From the NCBI GenBank assembly GCA_963664435.2, contig CAXXKM010000001.1, forward strand, positions 736,001 to 800,000: a DNA stretch of 64,000 nt. The letters run 5' to 3'. Source of the DNA: Longimicrobiales bacterium. GTDB taxonomy: Bacteria; Gemmatimonadota; Gemmatimonadetes; Longimicrobiales; Gaopeijiaceae. Below are positions 58,588 to 64,000 of this stretch, one piece after another. The notes below the pieces were generated by a model that was given only the letters and a program-made list of their open reading frames with translations, made no database searches and had not been told where the DNA came from. Positions within the stretch are counted from its first letter, which is position 1, and each line of letters starts with the position of its first letter. A program made the position numbers and the translations under genes.

Positions 58588-60543
58588 TCACCCGTCCACG
58601 GGTCGCGCGAAGGCCACGAGCGCCGCGTCCGCGCCGCCCCCCGTTGCGATGACCACGAACTGGCGTCCCGACCGCGTCCGGTAGGTCATCGGGTTCGCGC
58701 TGGTGGGATGTGGCGTCGCGCCACGCCAGAGTTCGGCGCCGGTCGCCTTGTCGAACGCGTACAGGTACGGGGCGCCGCCGCCGAGGAACACCAACCCCCC
58801 CCTGGTCACCATTGCCCCCGGGTTGCCGAGCGTGCCCAGCCGCTCCGGCAGATCGACGCCGCGAAGCAGCGGGTGGGTGCGGATCTCCTCGCTCCCTTCC
58901 CCGAAGGGCACCTTCCACGCGATCTCCCCCGCGTTGAGGTCGACCGCCACCAGGTGCGCCCAGGGCGGTTTGGTGAGCGGGATCGGGCCGAGTTCGCTCT
59001 CCGGGGTCGGTGCCGCGCCCGGTCCGCCGGCCTCCCGGAACATCACGAGGGTCGCGCCATAGGGGCAGTTGTTGCTGTATGGGACGTCGACGCGCGGGTC
59101 GTCGCCCGCATTCGTGCAGATCTGGTTTGGGTCGGCCCTCTCTGTGGTCCGCACGTACAGGAGCCCGGTTTCCGGATCGAACGCCGCTCCGCCCCAGTTC
59201 GCCCCGCCGATCGTGCCCGGCCGCTGGAGCGTTCCCTGGAGGCTCGGGGGCGTGAAGAGCGGGCCCAGCCGGAAGCGCTGCATCTCGGCCACCGCGAGCG
59301 CATGGATCTCAGGTGTCAGGTCGTTCGCGTCTTCGAGCGACACCCCCTGGCTGCCGAAGGGCGGCGGCCTGGTCGGAAACGGCTGCGTCGGATGCAGCAC
59401 CTCGCCCGGGACGTCCGTCGACGTGTCCACCGGACGCTCCTCGATCGGCCACACCGGCTCGCCGGTCACCCGATCGAACACGTAGGTGAAGCCATGCTTC
59501 GAGACCTGCGCCACCGCGTCGATCTCGCGCCCGTCCACCGTGATCGTCACCAGGTTCGGCGCCGCGCCGAGGTCGTAGTCCCACACGCCATGGTGCACGG
59601 CCTGGAAGTGCCACCGCCGCTCGCCCGTGCGCGCATCGAGACACAGCAGCGACTCGGCGAACAGATTCACCCCCTTCCGGCGCCCGCCCCAGTAGTCGCT
59701 GCTCGACGTGCTCGTCGGCACGTAGAGGAGGCCCCGCTCGGCATCGAGCGACATCGGCCCCCACACGTTGGCGTGGCCGGTGTAGCGCCAGGACTCGTCC
59801 TCCCAGGCGTCGGCGCCGAAAGCGTCGCTCGATTGCGGGACGGTGAAGAACACCCAGCGCCGCTCGCCCGTGCGGACGTCGAACGCCTGCACGGTTCCGG
59901 GCGGGTCGAACCGGCGCTGCACCCCGTCGGGCACCCGGCTCCCCACGATCACCAGGTCCTCGAACACCACCGGAGGCGAGGTCTGGTCGAACTCGTAGCG
60001 GCTGACTTCGCGGCCATGCCCCTCGGTCAGCACGACGCTCCCGCCCTGGCCGAAACCCGTGTCCAGCTCACCGTTCGCGGCGTCGATCGCGTACAGGCGG
60101 TCGCGGCTGTTGAGGAAGACGCGCGCGTCGTCCCCGTCGCTCCACCAGGCGACGCCCCGGTGCTTGAAACCCGTCGGCCCCGCACCGACCGGTCCGCCCT
60201 CGTACGCCCGCGGGTCGAACGTCCAGAGCTCCGCGCCCGACTCGGCATCGAGCGCCACCACGCGCGTGTACATGGTGGAGAGGTAGAGAACGCCGCCGAC
60301 CAGGATGGGGGTCGCCTGGAAGGGGCCCGGCCGCGTGCCGTACTCCTCGAGGGGCGCCTCGTTCGGCTCCCATTCCCAGGCGATCTCCAATTCAGCGACG
60401 TTGGCGGCCGTGATCGCCTCCGCCGCCGAGTACTTGGTGTGCGCCTGGTCGGAGCCGACAAAGCGCCAGCCTGCCCCGGCGTCCGGTTGCGGGGTGCACG
60501 CGGCGGCGGCCAGCAGAGCCGCGATGGCAACAACTCGTCTCAT
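58588..60543 (-). CDS. PQQ-dependent (glucose/quinate-type) dehydrogenase
   Basis: QATP, ALDA.SG..LW.F, RGVAWW, HH.VWDYD, GGANWGG, ANPMTY, QFVVIA.GG. Confidence 0.9.
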   Translation of the reverse strand: MRRVVAIAALLAAAACTPQPDAGAGWRFVGSDQAHTKYSAAEAITAANVAELEIAWEWEPNEAPLEEYGTRPGPFQATPILVGGVLYLSTMYTRVVALDAESGAELWTFDPRAYEGGPVGAGPTGFKHRGVAWWSDGDDARVFLNSRDRLYAIDAANGELDTGFGQGGSVVLTEGHGREVSRYEFDQTSPPVVFEDLVIVGSRVPDGVQRRFDPPGTVQAFDVRTGERRWVFFTVPQSSDAFGADAWEDESWRYTGHANVWGPMSLDAERGLLYVPTSTSSSDYWGGRRKGVNLFAESLLCLDARTGERRWHFQAVHHGVWDYDLGAAPNLVTITVDGREIDAVAQVSKHGFTYVFDRVTGEPVWPIEERPVDTSTDVPGEVLHPTQPFPTRPPPFGSQGVSLEDANDLTPEIHALAVAEMQRFRLGPLFTPPSLQGTLQRPGTIGGANWGGAAFDPETGLLYVRTTERADPNQICTNAGDDPRVDVPYSNNCPYGATLVMFREAGGPGAAPTPESELGPIPLTKPPWAHLVAVDLNAGEIAWKVPFGEGSEEIRTHPLLRGVDLPERLGTLGNPGAMVTRGGLVFLGGGAPYLYAFDKATGAELWRGATPHPTSANPMTYRTRSGRQFVVIATGGGADAALVAFARPVDG

Positions 60544-62795
60544 GAACCGGACTCCGATGGGGACCCGGACCCCGACTCCACGGCGTCATCCGGCGGGGAG
60601 CTGCCGGGCCCGGCCTCGAAGCGTCCCGCAAGCAGGTGTCGATACAGCTTGAGCGCGAGCCGCTCATCGAGCTCCTCCAGCCGGTGCCGGGCGACCGGCG
60701 TCAGCAACATCGTCTCGCAGGACTCGTCCGCGCTCACCGTGGGCGCCTTCTCATCGGTCGGGTGGACCGGCCAGATCGCATCGCCGGGGCCGTACTGCCG
60801 GACGCGCCTGCCCGCGGCATCATGGGCGGACGCCCGGCCGGAGGTCAGCAACTGCAGGCCCTCGCTCGACGCTCCCGGCCCCGCGAGGGCTTCCCCGGCG
60901 GCGTAGCGGCACGGCTCCAGCCAGATGCCCAGCTCGTTCATCAGGTCCTCGAAACGAATCTGGCGCTCCAGATGGCGCTCGAGGTCGTCGGCGGCGCGCT
61001 CGAACAGCGAGGCGCGCCGCTCGTCGACATCGCCGGCATGGGCCCTCCATGCCGCGATCACGGTCTCCTCGCAGTACTCCAGGGCACGGTCCGCATTCGG
61101 CTCGATCCGCACCGCGGCGAACTCCGAGGCCGGCAGGTTGCGCTCCAGACCGGTCCCGAGCTGTTCGGACGGCGCGCTCAGCACCACCTGCACCCCCGCC
61201 GCGTTCGCCGATCGCACGAACCTGGCAAGGACGCTCACCGCCGAGTAGTCGAAGCCCGAAACGTCCGCGAAATCCAGCACCAGGCAGGCCGGAACGGGAT
61301 CGCCGCCCAGCGATTCCTTGAGACGATCGGCCAGCGGATAAACACTTCCGAAGAAGACGTACCCGCGCAGCCGGTACCCGAGCACGCGCTCTCCTTCCTC
61401 GTGCAGGATGACGCGATCCGGGACGGAACGCGCCCGGGTGCTGCGGTGCTCGCGCGCGCTGAAGCGCGATTCGACCGGGTCCACGCGGCTCAGGCGCACG
61501 CTGAAGAACAGGAGCGTGGCCAGCATCCCGACGCCCACCCCCTCGAACAGCCCGAACGCGACGATGACCGCGCCGATGAGCACGAGGATGCCGTATTCGG
61601 ACCGCGGGAGCCGCTTCCGGGTCATCACGAGTCCCCGGTCCAGCATGCCGGCGCCGGCGAAGAACAGCATGCCTCCCACGAGCGGCACCGGGACCAGTTC
61701 CAGCATCCCGCCGCCCAGGAACATGGCGGCCGCGATGACGAGGGCGGTGACGACGCCGGTGAGACGCGTGGCGGCCCCGAACAGCTTGCTGCGGAGCGAC
61801 GCGGACACGATCATGCTCGCCGTCGTGCCGCCGCCGACACCCGCCACCACGTTGGCGAGCCCCGCCGCGCCGAACTCGCGGTCCCAGTCCAGGTCCTCGT
61901 TCGCGGCCATCTCCAGGCCGGCGAGGTTCATGATGACGACCACGAGGGCGACCAGCATCAGGGCAAGCAGGTTCGGGAGCTGGATGGCCATCGCCGCCCA
62001 GTCCACCTGCGCAAGATCCGTGGGCCCGAAGGCCGGCCACGGGCCGCCCTGCGAGGTGCTCGTCAGCAGCAGGCCCGCCTCCCTCGCCTCCTCGCCGGAG
62101 AGGCCCATGGCCGCGAGCACGAAATGGAACGCACCGACGCCCAGCACTACGCTGGCGGGAAGGATGAGCGGGTGGCCCCACCGCTTCAGCGCCACATAGA
62201 GGAGGATCCCGAACGCCGCCCCCGGAGTCCACTTCCAGAGTGCCGAGGGCTGCAGGAGCGCCGGGATCGCGCGCCAGTCCGGATCCACCCCCATCATGGA
62301 CATGGCGGCGAGGCACACGGCGACCCCGATTCCGGTGACGAAACCGCCCGCGACCGGGTAGGGGACGAAGCGCACGAGGTTGGCGAGCCCGTACCGCCCG
62401 ATCAGGAGAAAGCACACCCCGGTCGCGACCGCGCCGACCATGAGCGCCGCCACCGTGGTCGCGAACAGCGCCTCGCCCTCCGCCTGCATGGTGGCGCCGA
62501 TCAGCGCCATCACGATCACCAGCGCGGGAGACAGTCCCGATATCGCCCCGCGGAAGCCGCCGGCGAGCGCGACCACCAGGCAGGCCGCGAAGTTGCCGAA
62601 CAGGACCAGGCCCACGCCCTGGGAGGAATACGGAGCCAGCGCCCCGGAGAAGATGAGGCTCCCGAAGGCCACCTGGGAGGCCACCAGGCCCAGGCCCGCC
62701 GTGAAGCCGGCCGCCAGCGCTGGAACCGCCTTCGGCGACCGGATGTCCGCGTAGAACTCCGACGCGAGACTGCGGAGCGGGGATGATGCCGTCAC
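60540..62795 (-). CDS. SulP-family anion transporter with STAS and cNMP-binding domains
   Basis: RFVPYPV.GGF..G, L.GYVFFGS, LDF..VSG.D.S, C-terminal cNMP-like domain. Confidence 0.88.
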   Translation of the reverse strand: MTASSPLRSLASEFYADIRSPKAVPALAAGFTAGLGLVASQVAFGSLIFSGALAPYSSQGVGLVLFGNFAACLVVALAGGFRGAISGLSPALVIVMALIGATMQAEGEALFATTVAALMVGAVATGVCFLLIGRYGLANLVRFVPYPVAGGFVTGIGVAVCLAAMSMMGVDPDWRAIPALLQPSALWKWTPGAAFGILLYVALKRWGHPLILPASVVLGVGAFHFVLAAMGLSGEEAREAGLLLTSTSQGGPWPAFGPTDLAQVDWAAMAIQLPNLLALMLVALVVVIMNLAGLEMAANEDLDWDREFGAAGLANVVAGVGGGTTASMIVSASLRSKLFGAATRLTGVVTALVIAAAMFLGGGMLELVPVPLVGGMLFFAGAGMLDRGLVMTRKRLPRSEYGILVLIGAVIVAFGLFEGVGVGMLATLLFFSVRLSRVDPVESRFSAREHRSTRARSVPDRVILHEEGERVLGYRLRGYVFFGSVYPLADRLKESLGGDPVPACLVLDFADVSGFDYSAVSVLARFVRSANAAGVQVVLSAPSEQLGTGLERNLPASEFAAVRIEPNADRALEYCEETVIAAWRAHAGDVDERRASLFERAADDLERHLERQIRFEDLMNELGIWLEPCRYAAGEALAGPGASSEGLQLLTSGRASAHDAAGRRVRQYGPGDAIWPVHPTDEKAPTVSADESCETMLLTPVARHRLEELDERLALKLYRHLLAGRFEAGPGSSPPDDAVESGSGSPSESGS

Positions 62796-62975
62796 GGTTT
62801 CCTGCGAGAAGGCTCGCGGTTGCCAGAGTAGGAGGCTCGTGTCCGGGCAATCTACCCGCCGCCGTATATCGCGCCAACAAGACCGTCGTCTCGTGCCAGC
62901 AGAATGTCGTATCGGGCCGGCGAGACCGTCGTGCGACGCCGCTAGACCGTCGTATCGTGCCAGAGAGAACCTCTC

Positions 62976-63710
62976 CTACCGGCGCCGCTTCCGGACGGGC
63001 AGGGTCCGGGCAGTCCGGATATTGCCGGCGGATCGGTCATGCGGCTCCCGCACCGGCCGAAGTCCCGGGCGCGCCGCCAATCGCGGGATGCGGTCCGGAT
63101 CGACCTCGTCCGCCGCCCGGGCCAGCCGCGCGCGCACCGATCCGGGCACCCTGTGCAGATCGCCGTCTCCGAAGGAAGTAAGCGCCTTCAGCGCACCTGG
63201 CGGATCGAATCGGTCGCCGAATACGGCGGCGGCCGCTCCCAGCGCCCGTCCCAGGCTGATGCCGCCCGACCGGAGGAGGGCATCGATGTCGAGGTAGTCC
63301 GCCGCGCGGGAACAGGTCTGGACCGCCTGGACGGTGGCGGCCGCAAGGTCCACCAGGGAGGCGACCTCGATGCCGGGCGGTTCGGCGAGGTCCGGACCCC
63401 CCACACGGTTGCGCACCACGCCGCCCGAGAACGAGATGCGCACGATTCCGCCGCGATCGACGATGCACGTGAGCGTGTCCCTGCCCCGCCGGATGACCTC
63501 GGCGTCGCGCAGGTAGGGGACCTTGTCGAGGAGCCGAAGAGGGTCGAATGCCTCCGTCGACAGGAAGCTGAAGTCCTCCGGTCTGCGATGGGCCATCCGG
63601 AGCGCGAGCGCGGCTCCGCCATGGAGGACGAACCCGCGTGGCGTGGTCCCGAGCTCCCCAAGCAGGCGCTGTTGATGATGGGAGAGAGTTTCCAGGAGAG
63701 GGTGAAACAG
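62976..63710 (-). pseudogene. Degenerate AbiEii/AbiGii-family nucleotidyltransferase
   Basis: Open from CTG 63710 (after RBS aaggagg): FVLHGGAALALRMAHRRPEDFSF versus family GGT..HR.S.D.D; DYLDI. Confidence 0.7.
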
Positions 63711-63872
63711 GAGGTGCCTCCTTGTCTTCCTGTGCTACGTTCCGTTACGGGACTTGCCTGGCGGGGTCCGCATATCAGGGACAGCAGGTCTGGAGCATCC
63801 GTGGCGCGCTGCCGGGTCCCCGGACGACGTTGCGCGGTGGAGTTGGTCGGAATCCGGCAACACGGGAGAGTA

Positions 63873-64000
63873 ATGTCGAAGAGGGCGCATGCCGAGAACC
63901 GGGATTCCGGTCGTGCCGGGGAGGCGAGAGGATCGCGCTCCGCCGTGATCGCGTTTGTGGCCACGGCCTTGGTGCTGCACGGAATCTTCACGGTCGCCCT
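63873..64000 (+). CDS. Start of an exported or membrane protein (runs off the window)
   Basis: RBS ggagag; MSKRAHAENR..VIAFVATALVLHGIFTVA. Confidence 0.45.
   Translation, partial: MSKRAHAENRDSGRAGEARGSRSAVIAFVATALVLHGIFTVA

Noticed and set aside
45911..62880. Many 400-800 aa Arg/Pro/Gly-rich alternative-frame ORFs
   Set aside because: Overlap well-supported genes and have no motifs; GC3-bias artefacts.
1..64000. CRISPR array, tRNA or rRNA
   Set aside because: No regularly spaced repeats or recognisable RNA gene found by eye; a covariance-model search was not possible.

Overview
High-GC bacterial DNA. Gene content (several 6-bladed beta-propellers/NHL, ECF sigma-anti-sigma pairs, DUF5916, TRAP systems) resembles Gemmatimonadota; that placement is inference only. 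The window has two parts. (1) About 1-18.5 kb is a defence-type island, visibly less GC-rich, that starts at the 3' end of a tyrosine integrase and contains many IS remnants. It carries three modules. The first is a bacterial ubiquitination-like operon (Ubl with an unusual YegP/DUF1508-like N-terminus, a cysteine-free E2-fold protein, a JAB-E1 fusion) divergent from an HTH + IrrE/ImmA (CapH/CapP-like) pair and a membrane patatin cleanly split by IS630. The second is a metallo-beta-lactamase (MBL) + E2-E1-JAB operon (6A-MBL-like) extended by a Pro-rich peptide and a 4-TM protein. The third is a two-gene MBL + patatin cassette. (2) About 18.5-64 kb is mostly envelope, transport and metabolic genes, with solitary accessory genes (GmrSD, vapBC, degenerate AbiEii, a DUF6088 stub) and two single-base frameshifts. 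I saw no tRNA, rRNA or CRISPR array. All family calls come from motif recognition, not database searches.
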